From positions 1 to 41,124 of the forward strand of contig CAYGWT010000331.1 in assembly GCA_964353625.1 (NCBI GenBank): a stretch of DNA of 41,124 nucleotides. The letters are read 5' to 3'. A model generated the notes under the pieces. The model did no database searches. It saw only the letters and a list, made by a program, of their open reading frames with translations, and was not told where the DNA came from. This document shows, in pieces, positions 9,517-17,476 of the stretch; the first letter of the stretch is position 1, and the number at the start of each line of letters is the position of its first letter. The translations under genes and the position numbers were made by a program. This stretch comes from an uncultured Candidatus Bathyarchaeia archaeon. Its GTDB lineage: Archaea; Thermoproteota; Bathyarchaeia; 40CM-2-53-6.

Positions 9517-9847
9517 CTTTCCACCTATCGTCGTGTTCGGGCTTGTTCTTCAATGTCCAGCTCAGAAATTGTACACAACACCCAAGATGAGCAGCATGAG
9601 GAAGACCGGACTCAGGATCAATGTCTTCTCCCCGATTGATCGCCCCAAGGTGCCTATAGGCAGCAGCGATAAGCCTAGACACGTTGACGCCGCCACGCCA
9701 ATTATGAGCGGTATATTTTGCAGCACCGAATGTAAGAACACGAGCCACATCCTCCAAAAAGTCTGGATCCAGAAGATCCATGCGGGGTTTCTCTTGGTCA
9801 AACTTCTGACCCTGAGACCAATCAACTACTCCCCCCCTAGTCTCCAT
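9494..9847 (-). CDS. All-alpha NTP-pyrophosphohydrolase-like protein (DUF5664 / MazG-like guess)
   Basis: The stretch KFDQEKPRMDLLDPDFLEDVARVLTFGAAKYTAHNWRGG resembles the phage KY..NW family annotated as dATP/dGTP diphosphohydrolase N-terminal domain. The start is moved to ATG 9847, which has GGGGAGAG 5-6 nt upstream. Confidence 0.45.
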   Translation of the reverse strand: METRGGVVDWSQGQKFDQEKPRMDLLDPDFLEDVARVLTFGAAKYTAHNWRGGVNVSRLIAAAYRHLGAINRGEDIDPESGLPHAAHLGCCVQFLSWTLKNKPEHDDRWKDVPNPGR

Positions 9848-10058
9848 AGTACTCTCCCCAGGGGAATGATTTGGGGATGACACCCGGTAGGTTGGGAAGT
9901 CCGCAGAACTCGTCAGGTTCTCCATACGGGATGCCAGTTGCTCTTTGGTCTTGCTCATTGAAAATAGCTCCGTCCATTGAATTGGGTATCGATCTTGGGC
10001 TGCCACTAGCGCCTCTCTTAGTTAGAAACATGTTGATTGGCATTACGTTATCCCTCAT
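9837..10058 (-). CDS. Hypothetical small protein
   Basis: This frame fills the gap upstream of 9847. ATG 10058 forms an ATGA overlap with an upstream mini-ORF. An alternative ATG at 10043 has GAGGGA upstream. Confidence 0.35.
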   Translation of the reverse strand: MRDNVMPINMFLTKRGASGSPRSIPNSMDGAIFNEQDQRATGIPYGEPDEFCGLPNLPGVIPKSFPWGEYYGD

Positions 10059-10213
10059 TGGCTAACCGCAATCAAAAAGTTCAGCATGGCGATAGTTCCA
10101 CATAGAAGGGGCTCGATCTTGAGCCGGCCTTCTGGCTTGAAGGTCTGACTGTCGAACACCTCCACGGAAAGCAACCAGTAGGCGGCCAAGCTCAGCACTA
10201 CACCATTCATCAT
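10055..10213 (-). CDS. Possible 52-aa hydrophobic mini-protein (not in the ORF track)
   Basis: Hand translation gives MMNGVVLSLAAYWLLSVEVFDSQTFKPEGRLKIEPLLCGTIAMLNFLIAVSQ. Its stop overlaps the next ATG (ATGA). I see no clear SD. Confidence 0.2.
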   Translation of the reverse strand: MMNGVVLSLAAYWLLSVEVFDSQTFKPEGRLKIEPLLCGTIAMLNFLIAVSQ

Positions 10214-10227
10214 CAACAGGTATGTTA

Positions 10228-10968
10228 TCATAGGCTAACGAATTTGCCATCTGGAGCAGGAGCAAGAGATTTCCCGCCTCTGAACCAGTGGCCACAATCC
10301 GTACACTGGAAGCGTGCATATTTACATGACTTGGTATAAGCATACCCGCGCTGTTGATAGTGCTGGCTTCCACAGTTTGTACAGACGAGCCCGTTTGATT
10401 CGTAGAGTGAATGGTTAGCATGATCAGGGACCCAGGCTCTGAGGTGGGTATAGACTCGTTCAAGCAACTTGACATCATTTCTATTGTACTCCTCCATCCT
10501 GGTCCATGCAACCGGATCCTTGTTCATACACTTGACCCATAGCTCATGCCCCTCATGTCGCACCTTGTTCCCAAGGTTAAGGGCTTGAGCAATGTAGTCC
10601 AGCTTGTTGCTCGGGAACTTAAACTGTTTCCGAACCGTCTTCAACAGATCGATTTGCTTGTAGGGGGATGGCGGCTTTAGGCCTACCCCAATAAACTCCT
10701 TGTTCAATGTCGGAATGTCGAATTTCGTCCCGTTGTAGTGGATCACTGCATCCGCCTGGTCCAGGAGTTTGTGAACTCTTGTCAGCATCTGCTTCTTCCC
10801 CTGCTGGATCGAAGTGAACATTATATTCTCCTCCCCCAGCCACTTCGCTGCCCAGCACAGGACGTAACCCGATGCCATGATCTGATTCATCCCCACGTTC
10901 TGGTTCCACAAACCCCACACGTGTACCAAGTTTGGTGCCGTCTCGATGTCCAGTAACAGTACTTTCAC
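10228..10968 (-). CDS. DnaQ/RNase H-fold 3'-5' exonuclease with a C-terminal zinc ribbon
   Basis: Motifs include VKVLLLDIETAPN (DxE), HYNGTKFDIP, a NDV..L motif, and a C-terminal CTNCGS...CTDCGHW. The start is set at in-frame GTG 10968 (GAGG upstream) rather than TTG 11001. Confidence 0.7.
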   Translation of the reverse strand: MKVLLLDIETAPNLVHVWGLWNQNVGMNQIMASGYVLCWAAKWLGEENIMFTSIQQGKKQMLTRVHKLLDQADAVIHYNGTKFDIPTLNKEFIGVGLKPPSPYKQIDLLKTVRKQFKFPSNKLDYIAQALNLGNKVRHEGHELWVKCMNKDPVAWTRMEEYNRNDVKLLERVYTHLRAWVPDHANHSLYESNGLVCTNCGSQHYQQRGYAYTKSCKYARFQCTDCGHWFRGGKSLAPAPDGKFVSL

Positions 10969-11155
10969 TATTGTATGCCTCACTAGGAGAAAGGATTTCA
11001 AGTAGACCTTCCAGATTCTTGCGAATCGGGAGTTGACCCTGCGCTAGCAAGGTACGCAAACCAGCGTTCACGATCACTTCCATCTCGGAAGCGGTAAACG
11101 AGGTATCTACTTTGAATCGATTGTTGTCCTGCTCAATTACGCCTACTACCCGCAC
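10619..11155 (-). CDS. Hypothetical ORF. Only the first 55 or so codons look protein-like. The remainder overlaps the exonuclease gene out of frame.
   Basis: It starts at GTG 11155. The N-terminal RVVGVIEQDNNRFKVDTSFTASEMEVIVNAGLRTLLAQGQLPIRKNLEGLLEIL is plausible. Downstream the translation turns G/E/D/P-rich with no stop until 10619. Confidence 0.3.
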   Translation of the reverse strand: MRVVGVIEQDNNRFKVDTSFTASEMEVIVNAGLRTLLAQGQLPIRKNLEGLLEILSPSEAYNSESTVTGHRDGTKLGTRVGFVEPERGDESDHGIGLRPVLGSEVAGGGEYNVHFDPAGEEADADKSSQTPGPGGCSDPLQRDEIRHSDIEQGVYWGRPKAAIPLQANRSVEDGSETV

Positions 11156-11486
11156 GCTGCAACTCCAAAAAGTGTTCTAGGCTGATCACAGCCAAGGGAT
11201 CGGATCTATCCTGCTGGATAACAAGTAGAGGATTGGTGCCAACGGCGACGTTATCCAGAGTAGCTTGCCACATATCGTACACATGTATCCGAGCCCTACG
11301 CTTACATTCCACACTGTAGGGGAAAGCGTTCGCTGCCATCTCAGATAGAGTAACATCGACGCCTCCTGCGCCCATAGATACACTGCGCACATCACGAGCT
11401 GTAAGATCAGGGTAAGTTGCCAGTATTGCATCACGGACCTTCTGCTGCAAGCCACGGCCCTTGGCCTTCGCGGATTTGGGCTTCAA
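11133..11486 (-). CDS. PD-(D/E)XK nuclease, Hjc-like Holliday junction resolvase
   Basis: The N-terminal KAKGRGLQQKVRDAIL resembles the Hjc KG..E..V motif. GGVDV ... SVECKRR gives a D...E-x-K catalytic pattern. The protein is 117 aa. Confidence 0.55.
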   Translation of the reverse strand: MKPKSAKAKGRGLQQKVRDAILATYPDLTARDVRSVSMGAGGVDVTLSEMAANAFPYSVECKRRARIHVYDMWQATLDNVAVGTNPLLVIQQDRSDPLAVISLEHFLELQRAGSRRN

Positions 11487-12156
11487 GTTCTGTGTACTCC
11501 TCTTCTGCTCTCAGTATCCTAAGCAGACAACGGTTAAGAGCAAACCTACCGGGGTCTCCGTAAAAGTCGTATACAACGGCCTCCATTTCGTCGGCAGATA
11601 GACCCTGCAGGGCTCTCCCGGCTTTAACTGGACCGATGCCCCTAACTCCTCGCACATTATCACTGGTGTCTCCAATGAGCATATGCGCCCAAAAAGCGAA
11701 GGTAGCTTCTTCATCAGAAACCACTTCATGTTGTTCCTTAACGAAGTTATAATGCCGTCCTGGGATCTGTCTAAAATCCTTGTCGATGGAACATATGACA
11801 AAATCTTCACGAGCTGCGATTCCAATTCCGTCGTCAGCTTCGTAACCGGCTGCGACTTCACCGCCCCATTCGCCAACCAGAAGGTTACGCAAGGCGTCCA
11901 AGTGTCTTGGTTTAGGAATTTCATCACGGTTACGCTTGTACTCCGGATAGATGAGTTTCCTAAAGTTGTCAGTACCGGAGATAAAGACTCGATATTCTGA
12001 AGTCTGAGTTGAATTGAGGATGCGATCCATGAGCTCATTTGCTCTGGCAATAGCGATTCGTTCATTCTCTGCTTCTGGATTTGTTTTCGTTGGTTCACAG
12101 CTTGCCGCACAGCGGTAGGCTATGATGTCACCATCAATCAGGGCTATACGGCCCAT
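11431..12156 (-). CDS. 5'-3' exonuclease / flap endonuclease (PIN-like, T5 D15 / Pol I N-terminal type)
   Basis: Motifs include MGRIALIDGDIIAYR, SGTDNFRKLIYPEYKRNR, YEADDGIG, CSIDKDF and GDTSDNVRGVRGIGPVKA. The start ATG 12156 has GGAG 6 nt upstream. Confidence 0.85.
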   Translation of the reverse strand: MGRIALIDGDIIAYRCAASCEPTKTNPEAENERIAIARANELMDRILNSTQTSEYRVFISGTDNFRKLIYPEYKRNRDEIPKPRHLDALRNLLVGEWGGEVAAGYEADDGIGIAAREDFVICSIDKDFRQIPGRHYNFVKEQHEVVSDEEATFAFWAHMLIGDTSDNVRGVRGIGPVKAGRALQGLSADEMEAVVYDFYGDPGRFALNRCLLRILRAEEEYTELEAQIREGQGPWLAAEGP

Positions 12157-12250
12157 GTGTTTCTCCAAGAGGCGGGGGACCGGTTCGGCATGTCCGGATC
12201 TCCGAAGTACTAGTTCGGGCTTTCCTCTTAAGCTATCCCCCGATATTCAA

Positions 12251-12445
12251 TTAGAACGGCGAAGTTTCATGCCGGATCTTGTAACCGCGATCACACATCA
12301 AGATGTCCGGTTGACCTTTGTGACGAACGTAAGAAGTCTTACGAAGCTGCTTCCGCACAAACTGACGAGCTTGTTCATAGGACCAAAAGGCCAGCGTGTA
12401 ATTGTGACTTTTGAGTTTTCGGTTGTTTTTGTAGATGACGTACAT
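12251..12445 (-). CDS. Hypothetical basic 64-aa protein
   Basis: It is the only sensible frame in this gap and is packed directly after the upstream gene. Confidence 0.45.
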   Translation of the reverse strand: MYVIYKNNRKLKSHNYTLAFWSYEQARQFVRKQLRKTSYVRHKGQPDILMCDRGYKIRHETSPF

Positions 12446-12454
12446 AGTGCCTCC

Positions 12455-13342
12455 TTAGGCTCCAGGGTTAACCGCCACAGGGGCGGGTTTGGTCTCCGGC
12501 GGGCATCGCTGCTCGCCAAGTGCCTTGGCCATCTCTGGCTTCTGGCAAAGACGTTTCACTGCTTCGGACACGAGACCCATATTGTGCAAGAGCCTCGAGT
12601 CTTCCCTCGTATCGCAGCCTTCATCCAGCGTGGAGCTTCCGAAGCTGATACCGAATCCCGGACCACTCCCTCCGGCACTGTGGGCGACTCGGCACGGAGC
12701 TGTCGGGCTAGCAATCGGAGCATACGCATCTGGTGTGTTCTTGATGGTGATTTCACTCGGCGGGGCTGCATTGGTTACAGTAAGTGACTGGGTGTTACCC
12801 GAGTTACTAGCTTCTGCAGATTGCGATTGAGTTCCTCCAGCAGAGGAGGTAGTGACGTCGCCAACGCTTGCAGATTGTTGTTGATTGCCTCCATACGCCG
12901 CTCCGCCTTGGCCTCCTGTTGCAGTCGAGCTTGAGTCGCCTCCCTCTGCACTCGCCACTCCGCCTCGCGCAGTTGCCGACGAAGACGAGCTTCCTCCTTG
13001 CGCATTTCCACCTGTTGCTCGATTGACATTTACAACTCCCACGGTGCTTTGGTTTGTTGCGGTGGCGCTAGAAGCTGCACTGCCGCTACCAATACCGATC
13101 CCAACGCCCACACCGACGCCGACACCGCTACCACCAGAACCGCCTTGGCCACCACTACCGCCATTGCCGCCATTGCCACCGTTTCCGCCGTTGCCGCCGT
13201 TACCTGTGCAGGGACTATTGGAGTTACCTTTCCCATTGCAGTCCGTGTTACCACCTTCGCCTCCTTTTGTGGCCCCTGCCATCAGCGGGAAGGCCAGCAT
13301 GATTGCTACTACAAGCTTACTTAGGTTCGTCATTTCCTGCAT
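12455..13342 (-). CDS. Secreted glycine-repeat protein with an N-terminal signal peptide
   Basis: The N-terminus MTNLSKLVVAIMLAFPLMAGA-TKGG looks like a Sec signal. It is followed by (GGN)n, GGSGGQGGSGGSG, (GV/GI)n, a Ser/Thr/Gly/Gln-rich middle and a Cys-containing C-terminal domain. An alternative start lies at 13333. Confidence 0.7.
   Translation of the reverse strand: MQEMTNLSKLVVAIMLAFPLMAGATKGGEGGNTDCNGKGNSNSPCTGNGGNGGNGGNGGNGGSGGQGGSGGSGVGVGVGVGIGIGSGSAASSATATNQSTVGVVNVNRATGGNAQGGSSSSSATARGGVASAEGGDSSSTATGGQGGAAYGGNQQQSASVGDVTTSSAGGTQSQSAEASNSGNTQSLTVTNAAPPSEITIKNTPDAYAPIASPTAPCRVAHSAGGSGPGFGISFGSSTLDEGCDTREDSRLLHNMGLVSEAVKRLCQKPEMAKALGEQRCPPETKPAPVAVNPGA
13091..13203 (-). repeat. Coding microsatellite-like tandem repeats (6-nt GV/GI units and 9-nt GGN units)
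   Basis: The plus strand reads aataccgatcccaacgcccacaccgacgccgacacc ... ccgccattgccgccattgccaccgtttccgccgttgccgccgtt. Confidence 0.8.
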
Positions 13343-13898
13343 CCCCGGTCATGACATACTGTTCAAAGTTCTTGGCGATGTTGATAACATCCTGCACAAC
13401 AGCCGGTTGATCACAACCAGGCAGCGCCAGATAGGCTACTGCGGTAGAGAGACTGGACTGACGGATAATCAGGGCCTGCTTCTCCTTGTCGAACTCGAAA
13501 CGTTCACGATCGAGCTTGTTCTTCTCGTCCCACGTACTAGACACTTTCTCTCCTTGCGCTTGGCGCGTTTGGGCCGGGGTACGAGCCCTGGCCGGGGCAG
13601 CTGCAGCTTCAGCAACATAGTCAACAGCGTCTTTAGCAGCAACGCTGAGCCAGTCAATGAAGCCTTTGTCATTCTTCTTGGTCTCGATGGAGAAGATATC
13701 ACCCTTCTTCGCACCCTCGAGAGCTGCCCATACTTCCTTCGGAACTGCCCAGTCGAAGAGTTTCTTGCCATCGGTCTTTCCACCGAAGGTGAGATTCTCG
13801 AACGTGCAGCTCATTTGCTTGTTGGTACCTTGACCCACTTTCTTGGGTACTTCAGTAACCGTTACGTCAATGATCTTGATGTCCACTAGTTTCTCCAT
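13317..13898 (-). CDS. Hypothetical protein. A ssDNA-binding role is only a positional guess.
   Basis: It lies immediately downstream of the DNA polymerase. The N-terminal half looks beta-rich, followed by an Ala/Arg linker and a helical C-terminal half. I recognise no motif. Confidence 0.5.
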   Translation of the reverse strand: MEKLVDIKIIDVTVTEVPKKVGQGTNKQMSCTFENLTFGGKTDGKKLFDWAVPKEVWAALEGAKKGDIFSIETKKNDKGFIDWLSVAAKDAVDYVAEAAAAPARARTPAQTRQAQGEKVSSTWDEKNKLDRERFEFDKEKQALIIRQSSLSTAVAYLALPGCDQPAVVQDVINIAKNFEQYVMTGDAGNDEPK

Positions 13899-14623
13899 GC
13901 GGTCATTTCTTTCTCACTCAGGGTAGGTCCGACCTTAACTTCCCCTGTAAATAGCAGAGGGACTGGTACCCCCCACATTCTCTTGATGTTAGCTGATATG
14001 TCCCTAAAGGACTCGATTGCTGTCTTAGCTACTAGGTCAATCTCCTTCCGGCTCGGGCAGTCGTAAACGATACTGTCGTGAACCGTGTTCACAGACAAAG
14101 ATATCGAATTCTCTTTTCTGAGGCGGTTCCTCAGAGTGACTCTTCCTAGCAACACGATATCCGCCCCAGTACCTTGAACTGGCCAGTTCGTTAAGTCTGT
14201 CCACGGTATGCGTCCATCCGGGCGAAGTGGAACAGACCACGAGTTCCCCAGTGGTGACACAATCGGCTTCTTCTGCGCGATTAGCTGTGCCCACCGAGTA
14301 TGGCATTGATCAATCCCCCTGTACTTTTTGAAGAACTTTGCATTTAGGTCATCCCAATACTCGGGCTCCTTTGAAACATGGAAGAAGTCCGGATCCCTCG
14401 CAAACGCCCAACCTGAACCACGGTAAATGGTCCTGAATAGGAAACGTTTGGCAATGAGGCGCTCTGGTAGTTCGAGGACTCGTCGATTCTTTTCGTGAAT
14501 GTCCTTTTCTGGATCATCCGGGTTGGCATCTCTGTCATTGATCTCCTCTATGGCGATCGGATCGTTGGCTAGGTACGCTAGAACTCGCCATTCTAGCTGT
14601 GCTGCATCAATCTGAACAAACAT
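13886..14623 (-). CDS. Family A DNA polymerase, C-terminal part (motifs A to C)
   Basis: It begins MFVQIDAAQLEWRVLAYLANDP, which matches Pol I motif A (DYSQIELR). Motif B-like RLIAKRFLFRTIYRGSG and motif C VNTVHDSIVYD are present. The start is set to ATG 14623 because the ORF-track start at 14671 is a TTG. Confidence 0.85.
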   Translation of the reverse strand: MFVQIDAAQLEWRVLAYLANDPIAIEEINDRDANPDDPEKDIHEKNRRVLELPERLIAKRFLFRTIYRGSGWAFARDPDFFHVSKEPEYWDDLNAKFFKKYRGIDQCHTRWAQLIAQKKPIVSPLGNSWSVPLRPDGRIPWTDLTNWPVQGTGADIVLLGRVTLRNRLRKENSISLSVNTVHDSIVYDCPSRKEIDLVAKTAIESFRDISANIKRMWGVPVPLLFTGEVKVGPTLSEKEMTAWRN

Positions 14624-14624
14624 C

Positions 14625-14837
14625 TCATTTCCGATAGTTCCGCAGTACTGCCGGTACTTCCTTCTGCCCAAGAGAGTTTACCCTGTGGGTCGCCCAATCG
14701 ACAAACTCGGCATGGACCTCCGGGTACAGGATCTGAAGATCAAGAATGAATCCTCGTACCCCTTCCTCTTTGATATAGTCCCTTACGTCAGCTAGGATGT
14801 GGGCCTGCTCTTGCTCTTTGTTGCGGTTAGTGCTCAT
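14625..14837 (-). CDS. 70-aa ORF lying between the two DNA polymerase halves
   Basis: Translation is MSTNRNKEQEQAHILADVRDYIKEEGVRGFILDLQILYPEVHAEFVDWATHRVNSLGQKEVPAVLRNYRK. It overlaps the end of the N-terminal polymerase part by 11 nt and stops 2 nt before the ATG of the C-terminal part. No nuclease motif is evident. Confidence 0.45.
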   Translation of the reverse strand: MSTNRNKEQEQAHILADVRDYIKEEGVRGFILDLQILYPEVHAEFVDWATHRVNSLGQKEVPAVLRNYRK

Positions 14838-15966
14838 AGCGACTCCGGAAAATCGACTTCACGTTGCTAGCGATGTTCTGTAGATTCGGATCACTGCTGG
14901 ACAGCCTTGTTGTAACAGTGACACACTGATTGAACTGACCGTGGATAATGTCGTTCTCATAGTGCCGCTCCTCGTACTTCTCGAGTAAGCCTCGTAGATA
15001 AGTGCTGTTCAGTTTCTGTAGTTCCTTGATCCGCAGGATTCCTTGGATCAATTCCCCACCGCCCTTGAGTTGCACCAGGAACTCTTCGCTCACCGACCAT
15101 TGTCCTTCCTTCGCTAGCTCAGACCCTTTGACGGGTTTGTACATGCGAGGGAGCCGATGTTCTCTAACCTGGTTAGCAAACTTGGGTTCTCCCGTCTTCT
15201 TTCCGCTCTTGAATAAGGCACCAGTCGGAACCTTAACCACTTCTTCGATAGTACCCCCGTAAAGTAGAGCAGAAAGATGAGGGTTGCTACCCCAGTTGAA
15301 ATTGGGAACGTTATGAAATCGAAACAGAGACTGGCGGATCTTATCCACCTCCTGCTCTGCTTCAGTAGCTCGTTGCTCGATTTGTGGCCTATCAATCTTC
15401 AGCCCATTCCACTCCATCTCCTGTAGACCAACCAAGTCTTGCATCCTGAGACTTAGCAGTTTCCGCTGACTCTCTAGAATGTGCGTCTTGTAGAACTCAT
15501 ACAACCTGTAGGTCAACTCCGCGTCTTTTGCCGCATACTCAGCTAGGACTGCTCTGGGTACCTCGTGGGTGTTGATTCCTTTCTTCCAGTACTGTTCGGC
15601 GACAACATCGAGCTTATCTTCTCCGAGATGTCTAAGGGCACATCCAGAGAGAGAAGGATACGGTTGAACTTGTCCCCCGTGGATATACTCTGCAAGTTGA
15701 CAATCGTACACTCGTCGTTCACCAATGTCGTAACCCAGCTTCTGAAGCCAGTGGAGATCATACTTGAGATTAAAGCCGACGATGAGTTCAGCTTCTTCAA
15801 ATATTCTCCCAAAGTCTGCGCGGGTCTCAGGCCAGAAAACTCTCGTTTGTATAGGAGCGCCGGCTCTTTCTCGACAAGCGGTGGAAATGCAGACGTTGAA
15901 GTTTCTTGTGTCAAAGGGATTCCCCTTGTTCCAGGTTGTGTTCTCGGTGTCTACAGCGAGAATCAT
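14827..15966 (-). CDS. Family A DNA polymerase, N-terminal part (3'-5' exonuclease plus thumb/fingers up to the PNLQNI motif)
   Basis: Exo I is MILAVDTENT, Exo II is FNLKYDLHWL and Exo III is YAAKDAELTYRL. The ORF ends ...TRLSSSDPNLQNIASNVKSIFRSRYEH. Confidence 0.85.
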   Translation of the reverse strand: MILAVDTENTTWNKGNPFDTRNFNVCISTACRERAGAPIQTRVFWPETRADFGRIFEEAELIVGFNLKYDLHWLQKLGYDIGERRVYDCQLAEYIHGGQVQPYPSLSGCALRHLGEDKLDVVAEQYWKKGINTHEVPRAVLAEYAAKDAELTYRLYEFYKTHILESQRKLLSLRMQDLVGLQEMEWNGLKIDRPQIEQRATEAEQEVDKIRQSLFRFHNVPNFNWGSNPHLSALLYGGTIEEVVKVPTGALFKSGKKTGEPKFANQVREHRLPRMYKPVKGSELAKEGQWSVSEEFLVQLKGGGELIQGILRIKELQKLNSTYLRGLLEKYEERHYENDIIHGQFNQCVTVTTRLSSSDPNLQNIASNVKSIFRSRYEH

Positions 15967-16118
15967 CAGTTCACCTTAGGTTTGTCTCCCTGATAGAAGG
16001 GATTCTCTTTCAGGATCTTGAATGCCTGTTCGACATTCGCTTCTATCTCGGGATCCTCTTCCGTCTTCCAGACCTCAGCCATGATATCCAAGGTCTCTCG
16101 GATATAGTCAACAGCCAT
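15966..16118 (-). CDS. Possible 50-aa acidic mini-protein (not in the ORF track)
   Basis: Hand translation gives MAVDYIRETLDIMAEVWKTEEDPEIEANVEQAFKILKENPFYQGDKPKVN. It fills the helicase-polymerase gap, and its stop overlaps the polymerase ATG (TGATG). Confidence 0.4.
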   Translation of the reverse strand: MAVDYIRETLDIMAEVWKTEEDPEIEANVEQAFKILKENPFYQGDKPKVN

Positions 16119-16129
16119 CGTAAAGTTGT

Positions 16130-17353
16130 TCAATCAATGTCCTCGTAACGGCCAATCTCGGGTTTGATTAGCACCATGAACTGACCATGTCTTGCACCTG
16201 GGTCAGTGTCGATATCGCCTGTGAGTTTGTTTTTGCAGATGTTCAGGAAGCGAGTGTACTCGAAGCCTTGGTCATATGTCTTACCAATGCCAAGGATCCA
16301 ATCTGCTTCTGCCTGCTTCGCTGTCTTAGCCTCGGCAACGTGGATCATTTGCAAGTAGCGTACCCCTTCGGCAGTCCCATCAGCTTGGCAGACTCCGATA
16401 ACAGGGCAGTAAGCCTTGGACAGCTCCCTACCCCATTGGTAGCACGCTCCGAGTTCCAGATCCCGGCGATCTGCTTTCCACCCTTGGATCTTGTCGATCT
16501 GGTCAAAGATCAACAAGGAGGGTTTCTCTTTCTCGACAAGCGACTCTACGGTATGACGGCTGATACCAGCACTGTCATACAGAAGAATCTTGTCTCGTAC
16601 CTTCTTCTTGTATGCCTCCCTTGCTCGTTCTGGATGCTTCAGGATCTGATCCTTGGTAGCACCTAGCGCAGATAGATAGTTTCGGAACTTGACATCCTCC
16701 CCGGCCTCCTCATTGTTGACCCAGAGGATAGGCCCGGCGTCATCGGCCAGTTGCTCAGCCATATGGGTAGCCTCAGAGGATAGGAACGTCGTCTTGCCAG
16801 TTTCAGGGCGTGCGAAGACGAAACCGAAATCACCCTTCCTGAGTGAGCCAAGCGCCCGATTGAGGCAGTTGAGTCTCCATCGCAGACCTGGCTGTTTGAT
16901 GTGAGTCTCGATGATGGATTCGAGATCGTCAGTGACATACTGCGGATCCTCAATTTGGTTTACTAGTAGTAAACGATCTGCGATCTCCTTGACAGCTTCG
17001 ATCGACTTCTTGCCAAGGGATGCTTCGTATGCAGCGAGGGACAAGTCCTTGCAGACCTGTTCGTGCTTGAATCGCTCTAGCAGCTGTCTTGCTGACGCTC
17101 CAGCATCCACGTTGGACATGGTGTTGAAGACAGTGCGCAGGTACTCCTTGTGCTTATCTGCTACCCCCCGAGCAAAGGTGACAGCAGCGATATCTTCGAG
17201 AGTGGGATCCTTCTCTTCGTACTTGAACCAGCGATCGATCGAGTGCAGTACAGGCCGTACCTCCGGAGAGAACTCCTCCTCCTTCAGGTACTGTCGATAG
17301 TCAGAGTAGACCCCACGATCAAGCAACAGCTTGAGCAGTGGTAGCTCGTACAA
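16130..17353 (-). CDS. DnaB-like / T7 gp4-type replicative helicase
   Basis: Walker A is FARPETGKTTFLS and Walker B is LLIFDQIDKI. The RecA-like C-terminal domain is typical of phage hexameric helicases. It uses a TTG start preceded by AGGAGG. Confidence 0.85.
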   Translation of the reverse strand: MYELPLLKLLLDRGVYSDYRQYLKEEEFSPEVRPVLHSIDRWFKYEEKDPTLEDIAAVTFARGVADKHKEYLRTVFNTMSNVDAGASARQLLERFKHEQVCKDLSLAAYEASLGKKSIEAVKEIADRLLLVNQIEDPQYVTDDLESIIETHIKQPGLRWRLNCLNRALGSLRKGDFGFVFARPETGKTTFLSSEATHMAEQLADDAGPILWVNNEEAGEDVKFRNYLSALGATKDQILKHPERAREAYKKKVRDKILLYDSAGISRHTVESLVEKEKPSLLIFDQIDKIQGWKADRRDLELGACYQWGRELSKAYCPVIGVCQADGTAEGVRYLQMIHVAEAKTAKQAEADWILGIGKTYDQGFEYTRFLNICKNKLTGDIDTDPGARHGQFMVLIKPEIGRYEDID

Positions 17354-17402
17354 AGTTCCTCCTATGCCTAACTCCGTAGAACCTACGAAGCTTGTTAATA
17401 AG

Positions 17403-17424
17403 GGCGGGCCTTGAAGCCCGCCTT
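17403..17424. terminator. GC hairpin (GGCGGGC-N6-GCCCGCC) lying between a promoter and the helicase start
   Basis: The plus strand reads gGGCGGGCcttgaaGCCCGCCttcttttt. On the minus strand the same hairpin is followed only by CTTATTAAC. Orientation and function are ambiguous. Confidence 0.4.
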
Positions 17425-17447
17425 CTTTTTATCTACATAGCAGTTAT

Positions 17448-17476
17448 ATTGTACCATGAAATTCGGTTTTTGTCAA
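17448..17476 (-). promoter_or_regulatory. Near-consensus sigma70-type promoter (minus strand) upstream of the helicase gene
   Basis: The minus strand reads TTGACA-aaaaccgaatttcatgg-TACAAT, with a 17-nt spacer and TGg giving an extended -10. Confidence 0.6.

Noticed and set aside
12885-13889. A 334-aa plus-strand ORF, extremely Pro-rich (PLPPLPPLPPFPPLPPLP)
   Set aside because: It is the antisense mirror of the Gly-repeat gene and of the adjacent minus-strand gene. GGN/GCC-rich coding DNA gives open Pro/Ala frames on the opposite strand. It has no SD and runs against the operon direction.
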